From NCBI GenBank assembly GCA_012862495.1, contig BLSG01000059.1, positions 145,927 through 192,118 of the forward strand: DNA of 46,192 bases, given 5' to 3'. Origin of the DNA: Thraustochytrium aureum (lineage: Eukaryota). The position numbers and the translations under genes are program-made. The notes below the pieces were generated by a model. It searched no databases. It was not told where the DNA came from and worked only from the letters and a program-made list of their open reading frames with translations. Below, piece by piece: positions 1-9,401 of the stretch (its first letter is position 1; each line of letters begins with the position of its first letter).

Positions 1-1
1 T

Positions 2-970
2 CCGTCGACTGACGCCCCGAGTGCTGCGCCGACAGGTGCCCCGAGTGCTCCGCCGACAGATGCCCCGACCACATCTGCACCGACTACCTCGCCAACATTG
101 TCGCCCACGAGCGCCTCGCCAACATTGTCGCCCACGACCGCCTTCGAATTCGACTCGGAGTACTGCAAGACCTTCACCAACAAGCAGACCTGCAGCAGAG
201 ACCCAAAGTGCAGATGGAACAGGGGTTGTGTGACCACGACCACCGTCCCTCCGACGTCCCGGCCGACTCTTGCGCCAATCGGCTACGCGGACTACGAGGA
301 AGACGTCAATCGCTGCGCCTCGTTTGCATCGCAGGGCCTCAAAGTGTGTCGCGCGCAGAACTGCCGATGGAAGGGCAACAACAAGGTTGGCAATTGCGAA
401 TCGGCCATGCCAGTCATGTTTCCGCCAACCACGTCAGCTCCGTCGCATTCTCCGACCATCCCAGCCCCGTCAGCATCCCCGACGGTGGGGCCCACGATGG
501 CGCCTACCACGGCCGATGCGCTATGCGGCACATTTCCTGTTGAGGGGAGGTGCAAGAAGGTTAAACAGTGCGAGTGGAACCGCAGCCGCAAAGCTTGCCA
601 AGCGAAAACAATGCAACCCACAGCCGCGCCGACAACGCCAATTCCTTCAATGGCACCTTCCTTCAGGCCAACGACGGCGCCAACCTCGACCGGGGCGCTT
701 TGCGCCAGGGAGAAGAAAGAGAGCAGGTGCAAAGTTCTCGACCGGTGTGAGTGGAACCAGAGCTTCCGAACCTGCGAAGCCAAAACCGCAAGTCCAACAG
801 CTGCACCCACTGCCAGCTGCGATTGCGGCCGTCGGCAACTCGAGCTGGGCGCGTTTAACCGGAGTTCCTGGATGTCTGCAGTCTGTGCGACTGTCACGGA
901 GGCCGAGTTTTGCGAAGTCGTAGCGTCTGACGTGTGCGTTTGGCGGTCTGGTGCGTGCATGGCAAAGTGA
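2..970 (+). CDS. Cys-rich repeat / Pro-Thr linker (mucin-like) protein, probably secreted; 5'-partial
   Basis: Frame 2 is open from the window start (PSTDAPSAAPTGAPS...) to TGA at 968-970. Five C-x(8-10)-C-x(4-7)-C-x-W-x(3-8)-C modules are separated by PT/APT linkers. Clear paralogue of 32217-33407, which has a signal peptide. Confidence 0.85.
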   Translation, partial: PSTDAPSAAPTGAPSAPPTDAPTTSAPTTSPTLSPTSASPTLSPTTAFEFDSEYCKTFTNKQTCSRDPKCRWNRGCVTTTTVPPTSRPTLAPIGYADYEEDVNRCASFASQGLKVCRAQNCRWKGNNKVGNCESAMPVMFPPTTSAPSHSPTIPAPSASPTVGPTMAPTTADALCGTFPVEGRCKKVKQCEWNRSRKACQAKTMQPTAAPTTPIPSMAPSFRPTTAPTSTGALCAREKKESRCKVLDRCEWNQSFRTCEAKTASPTAAPTASCDCGRRQLELGAFNRSSWMSAVCATVTEAEFCEVVASDVCVWRSGACMAK

Positions 971-1132
971 TGCCCAAGTGCAGCCATTGCAAACCGCGAC
1001 GAAGGCTGGCGCGACGTTCTCGCTCCGAAGAAAGGCACCCCCTCTTTCCCCGCCTCTGGCTCATGGCCGACCTTTGTGCACGCTGCGGCAAGTGGTACCG
1101 GTAGTAGACAGTGAAAATGGGCTGCGATTTCT

Positions 1133-1914
1133 CTACTCGTGCGGGCCTGGCCCGCGCGCAGCGGCCTGCTCGAAAAACTCCTTGTTTTCCTTCCACACAG
1201 CTTCGCCGTCCTCAACTTGGTAGACTTCCTTCTTCCAGACGGGAACGGTTGCCTTGAGCGTATTAATAGCGAACTGGGCTGCCTGCAGCGCTGCCTCCCG
1301 GTGCGCAGAACTTACTGCAATCACCACGCTTGTGTCGAGGATCGGGCAGGCCCCGAGCTTGTGCTCGATGGCGATGTGGATCACCTTTCCGCGCAAGGTC
1401 AGCTTCAAAGTTGCGAATGCGATTCAGCAAACCCGGTCCCAAGCAAGCCGGTGGCTTGTGGGTCGGCGGGACTTACATCTGGCCAGCGCTCCCTAATCAA
1501 TGCGCAGATCTTCCCCATCTCCTTCTCGGCCATGGGGACGTACGCCTCGTACTCAAGTCGCTTGACGACCTTGCCAGCAAAAGAGTTGCGCGTGGTTCCG
1601 GAGAAGGTGACGACGGCGCCGGCCGCTGGGGACTTGACGAGCTCGGCGAGCGCTGCGAGGTCAAGGCGGTCTGCGCGAACGCGGACGTGGTCGCGCGCCG
1701 GGCATGATGCAGGCCCTTCAGCTGCTTCGTCCCCGCCCGTTCCGCAAGCTTGGCCCTCGCGTGCGGTCAGCCCCTGCTTGGCCGCTCCAAGTCCCTCCAA
1801 CCTCTCTGCGCGCATCCGTGCAGCTGCAGAATCGAACACCCTGCAGAGGCCCCAACCAAGGGCGACCGCGGCTGCCAGGGCCGCTGCAGCCAGTTTCCCT
1901 TGCAGCCCAGCCAT
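1133..1914 (-). CDS. MOCS2: Molybdopterin synthase catalytic subunit (MoaE/MOCS2B); two exons, 1477-1914 and 1133-1384
   Basis: MoaE motifs GAVVTFSGTTR, LEYEAYVPMA, HKLG, VIAVSSAHR and LKATVPVWKKE are joined in frame by a phase-0 intron. The start codon is uncertain because a gap lies upstream. Confidence 0.93.
1385..1476 (-). other. Spliceosomal intron of MOCS2B (92 nt)
   Basis: GTAAGT donor, CTGAC branch point and AAG acceptor; splicing restores ...ERWPD|VIHIAIEHKLG. Confidence 0.9.
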
Positions 1915-2634
1915 ACCGTCCAGCCGTGCCGCAGCTACGTCGGCCTCACCGCCCAGCCAGGCCAACCAGCGCCAAGTCCACGCCAACCAGCGCCGCCTGC
2001 GCTCAGCCGGATTGCTTCCAGCCCGCCCAGCGCTTCCTGCTCTCCTCCTGANNNNNNNNNNNNNNNNNNNNNNNNNNNNNNNNNNNNNNNNNNNNNNNNN
2101 NNNNNNNNNNNNNNNNNNNNNNNNNNNNNNNNNNNNNNNNNNNNNNNNNNNNNNNNNNNNNNNNNNNNNNNNNNNNNNNNNNNNNNNNNNNNNNNNNNNN
2201 NNNNNNNNNNNNNNNNNNNNNNNNNNNNNNNNNNNNNNNNNNNNNNNNNNNNNNNNNNNNNNNNNNNNNNNNNNNNNNNNNNNNNNNNNNNNNNNNNNNN
2301 NNNNNNNNNNNNNNNNNNNNNNNNNNNNNNNNNNNNNNNNNNNNNNNNNNNNNNNNNNNNNNNNNNNNNNNNNNNNNNNNNNNNNNNNNNNNNNNNNNNN
2401 NNNNNNNNNNNNNNNNNNNNNNNNNNNNNNNNNNNNNNNNNNNNNNNNGTAGTTGCCCGCGCGCAGGGCTGAGCGCTACGAGGCGGGACGGGCTGGGACG
2501 CCGGCGGGGGACGGGCCTCCTACTGACCGGCCAGCCAGGCTTGACGCGGGCGGGCGGCTGGTGTTGTTGGTGTTTCGGAAGGCGAGCGACGGCGGCGACG
2601 ACGACGCGCCGCACGGCGCTGCGCAGCTCGAAAG

Positions 2635-3765
2635 ATGGCGCTCCCTGTGCGGACAGAGGCGAACTCGGTCATCTTTGCGGGGGTGGCAGCGCCCGACTCG
2701 TTCAAGATCGCCCTGGTGGCCTCGCAGGTGAGCGCGGCGGTCTCGGCATCGTTTTTCCTTGCCTGCCTCGCCGTGGTGGCAACCGCGCTTGCGAGGACAA
2801 GGGTGGCCTCGCACAAGCGCTCCCTGCTCAAGTTGCTTGGCAATGTGCTTTGCAGTCTTGGCGCCTTGTTATGGGTGCTGACGATCACCACAGTGCGCGG
2901 CCTCGCCTGGAAGACCTGCTCGCACGTGGCGCTCGGCGGCCTGTTCTACTGCACGGCCAACTTTTTCTGCTACTGGATCCTCTTGCAGCGCGCGGAGGCG
3001 GTCAAGTTCTCTGATCGAGGCTACTTGGCCTTGAACGCGGTGCTGCTTTTCGTCAAGATCGGCATTGCGGCCACCCTCCTCCTCGCAGTCGCGTCGGTGT
3101 TTGTGTTCTCCGGCAAGCTGCTCTTCAAAGAACAGGTGTGCGTGCAGAGCGTCGCGCCCTACATTTCTTGGACTGTAGCTGCGCTCGACTCTATCTTGTC
3201 CATGGCTTTGCTGGTGCTCTTCCTTTACCCCGTCCTGCACAACGCGCAGCGTGTACGGCGCTACAGCGTGCAGAGGGGAGGCGAAAGGAATCGCATTGCG
3301 GAAATGGCCATTCGGAACTTGCGCCTCTCGAGCCTCGCCATTGCAACGACGATGATCTATCTCGTTGTGTTGAGCATTTTTTCGTCGAGGGAAGCAGTAA
3401 AACGGGAGAGGGACGAGGCTCTCGGTGCGCAGCACTTGCGCCTGTGGGCCATGTACGCCGCAGGTATCGAGCTCGGCGTCAACACAGTGGTCGTCTTGCT
3501 CCTCACGAAACCAACGTGGGCGTTTGTACTGCAGGACGCTGGAGTGAGCCAACGTGGCGCTTCTGGCTCTGGAGAATCGCCCGCCTCCTTGCCGATCCGA
3601 ATGAACCGGACTGTCTCGGGGCTCAAGTCAGCGGCTTCACGCGTCAGCCTGACTCGCTTTTCCTCCTTCGCGTGGAGTGGGCCAGCCAAAGAGCAGCCAG
3701 AGCGCGAGGACGGGTCCGGGGGGGACACTTCATCCGAATTGAAGCTTGAGATGGGGCTCACCTAG
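2635..3765 (+). CDS. Seven-transmembrane GPCR-like protein
   Basis: 376-aa ORF with seven hydrophobic segments, a Cys at the start of TM3 (KTCSH), a Cys in the loop after TM4 (QVCVQ), LLQRAEAV at the end of TM3, and a Ser-rich C-terminal tail. Confidence 0.75.
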   Translation: MALPVRTEANSVIFAGVAAPDSFKIALVASQVSAAVSASFFLACLAVVATALARTRVASHKRSLLKLLGNVLCSLGALLWVLTITTVRGLAWKTCSHVALGGLFYCTANFFCYWILLQRAEAVKFSDRGYLALNAVLLFVKIGIAATLLLAVASVFVFSGKLLFKEQVCVQSVAPYISWTVAALDSILSMALLVLFLYPVLHNAQRVRRYSVQRGGERNRIAEMAIRNLRLSSLAIATTMIYLVVLSIFSSREAVKRERDEALGAQHLRLWAMYAAGIELGVNTVVVLLLTKPTWAFVLQDAGVSQRGASGSGESPASLPIRMNRTVSGLKSAASRVSLTRFSSFAWSGPAKEQPEREDGSGGDTSSELKLEMGLT

Positions 3766-4260
3766 AGCTAGCTCTCGAGGCGAGGGCCAATTTGGGCTCC
3801 CCCCACGGGTTCGAGAGCGCTGCGGCCGCGTGGCAACTGACCTCTGGCGCCATGGTCGGCTGGTCACCGTGCTGACCTGGGGCTTGTAGCAAGGCCAAGG
3901 CCGAGGCAGGGTCTCCTCGTCTGCGGTGTCGAGTGCGCCGCGCGGAGCGAGTTCGTCGCGAGCCGGACGTGCCCTTCAGCGCCCAACGCGGCAAGCGCTC
4001 GCAGCTCCGCCTTTGCAACAAGCCATCAGCGGCCGCGCCGTTCGAGTTGTTGTCGTGGTCGAAGCCCACAGACGGCAAGGGCGCACGCATTGCTTCCTTG
4101 CCCTCGGCAAGCTGGCCACCGTCACGATGATCCCACATGATCAGCCAGCCAGACTCGACCCTGATCATGAACCCGTCGTCGCCGCTCATGCATCATGACG
4201 TGCCATCCCACTTCCTCCGAGTACTCCAAAAAGATGATGTCAGAGGGAGGGTACCGGTAC
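3758..4260 (-). pseudogene. Possible degraded or frameshifted coding fragment, unidentified
   Basis: Protein-like stretches switch between frames (DIIFLEYSEEVGWHV / SGDDGFMIRVESGWLIMWDHRDGG / KAELRALAALGAEGHVRLATNSL). No family recognised. Confidence 0.2.
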
Positions 4261-5098
4261 CGGTGTACCGGTACGCAGACCGCTGGCACACACCGAAACC
4301 CATCCTGGCCTCTCACAACACGTCACACAGTTCGCCAAAGAACAGCAGAACTTGGCGAGAGAAAAACGACACGAAGGAACAAACAGAACAAATGACGAAA
4401 CGGCGTTCTGCGTTTCCCAGACACCAGGCGAACCTGAAAAAAAACAACGAAAACCGTGACCCTCAGGCTTTCCCCCTTCCTTTTTGATCACGAAAGGCAA
4501 TGCTCTACGATACTCCAAGTCTCCACACCCCTGGCAGCGGCCCATGCGCGCTCCTCCAAATCAGCCCAACAGGCTCCCTCCCCACCGCTCTCAAGTGCCT
4601 TGGCTCCTTCTTTCTTGTTCTTGACTGTCAAATTCAATACTTAGAGACTCAAGAGTTGACCTTGAAGGCAGTCTCCCTCACATGTGAACCTACTCCGNNN
4701 NNNNNNNNNNNNNNNNNNNNNNNNNNNNNNNNNNNNNNNNNNNNNNNNNNNNNNNNNNNNNNNNNNNNNNNNNNNNNNNNNNNNNNNNNNNNNNNNNNNN
4801 NNNNNNNNNNNNNNNNNNNNNNNNNNNNNNNNNNNNNNNNNNNNNNNNNNNNNNNNNNNNNNNNNNNNNNNNNNNNNNNNNNNNNNNNNNNNNNNNNNNN
4901 NNNNNNNNNNNNNNNNNNNNNNNNNNNNNNNNNNNNNNNNNNNNNNNNNNNNCGTTCGCAACGGGGGCGCGCCGGGCGGCGTGGAGCGCGACTTCGCCTC
5001 GGCGGCTGCGGCTGGCTGGCTGGCAGGCGCGGCGAGGATTCGCGAACCGCGGCTGCGACGAATCAGTCGGAGGGCTGCTGCGACGGGCGAGGCTGAGG

Positions 5099-7744
5099 AT
5101 GTGGGAAGGGGCGTATAACAACGACAGCCTGCACATCCCCGAGTTTAATCAACAAGAGGATCATGCGTTTCGCAACGTGTTCGGAGACCACTCCGCGCAG
5201 GCGGGCCCGCAGTGGACGATGCAGGATGTGATGAGCGCGTTTAGCGTGGAGGAGGACGAGGAGGTGAACACTGTGCCTGGCCTCGCTCAAGCACCGCCGC
5301 ACTACATGCAGTCCTCCTCCTCCTCCTCTTCGTCCATAAATGGGGTCATCGACCTGAGCGAACCGACCTCGCAGCGCTTGCGCCGTGAGGGGGGTCGCAA
5401 GCGGCGAAGAACCAGCGACCAAAGTGCTGTGGTCCTGGACGGCGAGAGCGAGAGCGACGCGAGCGACGAGGTAGCCATGCTGCGGAAGAAGCTGGCCCAG
5501 CTGCGCGAGGAGCTCAAGCGCGAGCGCGGTCTAGCATCTGCTGATGCCAACGGGCCGCGCTCGGTTCTGCTTGACATTGTTCGCCAAGTTGGGCAGGTGG
5601 CCGAGCTGCGCAAGCGCGGCGCTGTCCACCATGTTTTCTCGCCCGCTTCGAAACTGAGCGAGCGCGCGTGGGCCGGCGCATGCGAGCGGATCGAGGCCGC
5701 CCGCAAACTCGGCGAGCAGGCCCAGGCCGTTCTTGCTCAGCTAGGCGTTGTGCGGCGCATTGACGTCCTGACCAAGGAGCTGACCGTGTTCAAGGCAAAG
5801 CTGTCCGCCGCAGCCTCCTCCTCTTCCTCCTCCTCCTCCTCTTCGTCGCGGAACGACGAACTTGTGCGCAGCCGCGACCGCGCGCGTAGGTCCCTGCTGA
5901 ACGCGGTTCAGGGCATGGCCTCCACCTCGGACGCGGCGCTGCAAGTCGACGTGGCTGCTGCCGAGTCGGCTCGCAAGGACTTTGAGACGTTCCGCGCTGC
6001 CTTGGGCAGCCAGTCTGCGGCGTTTGCGAGCCCCGGGGACTCGCGCAAAGTTCTCGAAGGTTTTTCTTCCCTCGAGCAAGAGCTGACCGGCGCCGCAGCG
6101 GCCGCGCGGGAGTGGCTCAAAGCGAACGACCCTGGGCTTGCAACGACGCGAAGCCAAGCTGCCCTACAAGCGCTCAAAGCGCTGGACCGCGACGGCGCCC
6201 TTATCGCAGGCCCTGACGCGACGCTTGCCCGCCACGACAGGGAGCTGCGCGCATGCGCTGATGCGCTCAAAGCCGAATGCTCGCTGCGATCAAAGCTCCT
6301 CGAGGGCCGCCTCGTCGAGCTCCGCTGCCCTCTGGCCACCATGTGCATCGTGCTGCAGCGCATCGCAGACCTGCGCGAAGCCATAAACTCCGAAGCGAAG
6401 GCGTGCCTGGATGCGCAGCACACGGCCAAGGCGCGCCTCGCTGCGCTAAAGTCGGGCATGGAGCCGCCGTCCCCAGACAAGCTCAAGGACATTGAGAACA
6501 AGCTGCACATCTTGAACGGCGACGTCTTCGCGGCCGAGGCCGACTGCAACCGCACCGCAACAGCGCTTCGTACGTCGGGCCCCGCGACCGACGCGGACCA
6601 CGTCTCCCGGCTCCAATCCGAGCGCGACGAAGCCGTCCAGCGCCTGGAAGCCGCCAAAGCCAAGGTCGTCTCGCAACTTGACGCTCTGGTTGGCGCCTTC
6701 AAGGCAGAGCGGACTCGTGTGCTCAGTCTCTTACGCGACGAGTTCCCGGAGCTCCTCCTCGATCCCGCGTGGTCCATCGCGAGCAAAGGCTTGGTGAGCG
6801 CCGAGCTGGGATTCCTCAATCTGCGCGAGCGCGCCGACGCCGAGGAGTTCCTTGCTGACGTCAAGAAACGAGACCTTGCGAGCTGCCCGATTTGCTCTGA
6901 AGATGTGGACAGGGCGAAGGGCATCGAGTGCGAGAATGGGCACTTCATGTGCGACACGTGCCTCATGGGGCACCTCAACACGGTGGCAGAGCCCGGATAC
7001 GACGGCGCACTGGCCGGCGCCGATGGCCGCTTGCCGTGCTATGACCACACGTGCAAGAGCCAGCCACACCCGGCGAAGGCGCTCGCCGAGCACGTCGCCG
7101 ACGACGTGTATGCAAAGTACATGAAGGCCGTGGTGCGTTCCATCGAGACGAAGACCGTGCAAGAAGTCGACGAAAAGTGGGAGCGTAGGCGCCTCATCGA
7201 CAAGGAGATGGGGGAGAAGGAGCTGCGCATCCAAAAGCACTTTGACCACATTTTGGAGAACATCTTCACTTCCCGATGCCCACGCGGCCACGCCTTTGTG
7301 GATTTTACTGGGTGCTTTGCGCTCCGCTGCACGCAGTGCCGCCCGCACTCCAACTTTTGCGCATGGTGCCTTGCCGACTGCGGCAAAGACGCGCACCAGC
7401 ATGTGGCGACCTGCCCGAAAAGTTTGGCCGAGTCGGGTTACTTCGGCACGGTGGAGATGTTCGAAAACGCCAGGCGCGCTCGGGTCAAGCGAAACCTTAG
7501 CGCGTACTGGAAGGATCGCGTCCGGCACGAGAGCGAGAGCGTCCAAGTTGGGGTTCGCGAAAAGCTCAAGCCACACTTTGGCGACTTTGGCATCACTGCC
7601 AACCTCCTGCGCGTGCAGCGCAAGCCCAAGCCACCCTCAAGCGAGATGGCAGGCAGTGCGAATCATCCCGACATGTTCTTGGGCTCGTCAGCGGGTCAAG
7701 TGGTGTCCGATCCCGATCCAAACGCGATCATTTGCCTCACGTGA
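5099..7744 (+). CDS. RBR-related E3 ubiquitin ligase (coiled coil, RING1, RING2/Rcat; no IBR)
   Basis: 881-aa intronless ORF. RING1 CPIC...CENGHFMCDTC...CYDHTC; RING2-like CPRGHAFVDFTGCFALRCTQC...FCAWCL...HQHVATC; long helical central region; basic RKRRR. Confidence 0.85.
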   Translation: MWEGAYNNDSLHIPEFNQQEDHAFRNVFGDHSAQAGPQWTMQDVMSAFSVEEDEEVNTVPGLAQAPPHYMQSSSSSSSSINGVIDLSEPTSQRLRREGGRKRRRTSDQSAVVLDGESESDASDEVAMLRKKLAQLREELKRERGLASADANGPRSVLLDIVRQVGQVAELRKRGAVHHVFSPASKLSERAWAGACERIEAARKLGEQAQAVLAQLGVVRRIDVLTKELTVFKAKLSAAASSSSSSSSSSSRNDELVRSRDRARRSLLNAVQGMASTSDAALQVDVAAAESARKDFETFRAALGSQSAAFASPGDSRKVLEGFSSLEQELTGAAAAAREWLKANDPGLATTRSQAALQALKALDRDGALIAGPDATLARHDRELRACADALKAECSLRSKLLEGRLVELRCPLATMCIVLQRIADLREAINSEAKACLDAQHTAKARLAALKSGMEPPSPDKLKDIENKLHILNGDVFAAEADCNRTATALRTSGPATDADHVSRLQSERDEAVQRLEAAKAKVVSQLDALVGAFKAERTRVLSLLRDEFPELLLDPAWSIASKGLVSAELGFLNLRERADAEEFLADVKKRDLASCPICSEDVDRAKGIECENGHFMCDTCLMGHLNTVAEPGYDGALAGADGRLPCYDHTCKSQPHPAKALAEHVADDVYAKYMKAVVRSIETKTVQEVDEKWERRRLIDKEMGEKELRIQKHFDHILENIFTSRCPRGHAFVDFTGCFALRCTQCRPHSNFCAWCLADCGKDAHQHVATCPKSLAESGYFGTVEMFENARRARVKRNLSAYWKDRVRHESESVQVGVREKLKPHFGDFGITANLLRVQRKPKPPSSEMAGSANHPDMFLGSSAGQVVSDPDPNAIICLT

Positions 7745-9401
7745 ACCTGTCTGGCTGGACGCATTTCCGAGCCGGCAAAGCTGTTCTTCTTGGCAGCCCA
7801 ACGAGGGATTTCGTTGGCGCTTCGGCGCAGGACGATGCACCATCAACGCCGCCCCGGTGTACATACCGTTCCAAAACAACACGCGGCCCATCCATGCCAC
7901 TTTCGCCCTTCTCTTCTCGCTGCAGTTCTGCGCGCATGGTGGGTTGTGAGTTCGTTGTTCTTTCAAAACAGAGAAACTAACCGACGCGAGCGAGGCAGGA
8001 TGGCGATTGTCGTACTAAGTAGCGCTGTTGCGGTCGAGTACCGGTACTAGCTAGTAGAGTAGATGGTCGATTGCTTGGCGGCGGGCCGTTCGTTTGCCTG
8101 CCTTCCGCCTTTTGACGGCTCCCTTACGACGGCAAAAAACGGCGAAAAAACGAGTTGACTCCCGCAGAGTTGACTTGCGCAGGCAGGCGAGTGTGAGTAG
8201 GCGGAGCCCAGCGCTATGGCCACCCGCTCTGGCTCAGCGAGTGGCGCCCCAAAGGAAGGTCAATAGCCTACTTTCCGAATGTGACACCTACCGGCACCCA
8301 GGTGGAGGAGCAAGGACTCCAATCAAATGACCATTCCAAGCACATCGCGAGTCGCAACGTCCAAAAACGCGCTTCGACGAAGACTCGCAACGAAGAGCGT
8401 TACGATCGCTCGTCGCGGAGAAGCCTTGCTCTGGCTCAAGATTTCGACTAGCCAAGAACGACCGCCACAGAAGCAGACGAAACTGGCGCAGTGCGCTCGT
8501 TTCGGACGCCAGCCAATAGCGATCGCATCAAGTGAAAACGGTCACGGCGCTGACCGCTCTCGAAGGCCAGACGTTTTCCGAGCGCTCACGTAACGCGTCG
8601 ACCGGTAGAGAACAGTAGCAACCCGCTGCGTAGACGAGGCGGTTCCCTCGCGGTTGCCCCCACGATTTCGCCGCGCCATCGCAATGGGCTGGTTTCCCAG
8701 CGCCCACAGGCGGGGTGGGGCGGACGAAATGGTGTGCCAAACGCTAGACTTTAATTGGCCCATCGGGGCCATGGCCGTGGGGCGCCGATTGCACCTACTC
8801 GCGGCGGGCAAGTGAGTAAGTGCTTTGGCAATCGCCACCCAGCGTGGAAAACGACGAATCGCTGCGATCTCCGCACCGCCTGAGGCGCTTGAAAGAGAGC
8901 CCCATAACGAGCCAACAACGTGCCGCGCCTGCCTGGCCCGCTGTGGAGCAAAACGCCGTTCCCGTGACGGCCGAACCCAGCCGGCCTCTGCACCTCAAAA
9001 CCTCGCGCAAACGATGGCGGGACAACCGCTCAGAAAGAGCCTTCACAAAGCGCGCTCGAAGTCGTGCCGCCTCCGGTGTCACAGTGCTACTTCTGAGCCG
9101 CGCACAACAGTCTGAGCAAGTGCCAATGATCGGAACCGGAAGGGCGCCGCCAGTGAGTCGGATTGCACCGCCCTGGGTTCTGTTCGGCGGCTTAACGTTT
9201 TACGTGCAGCACATGCCGTGGCCCTGTAACCACAAGCAATTGCCAATCTGCGACGCAAAGCGCGACTCGGCGCGAGCCAAGACCGCGAGGGCGATCGCGT
9301 CTCAGGGGCCAACGCCCGAGCTATCCAGACGAAACCCCATTCTCTTACCGAGGCAGAGCCTGGCCAGATAGACAGGCAGGAAGGCAAGCAAGCCGTGCGA
9401 C

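Noticed and set aside
8784..8806. ATTGCAC in a GCCG/CGGC stem, resembling U1 stem-loop II
   Set aside because: No other U1 elements are nearby; likely chance in a 1.6-kb intergenic region.
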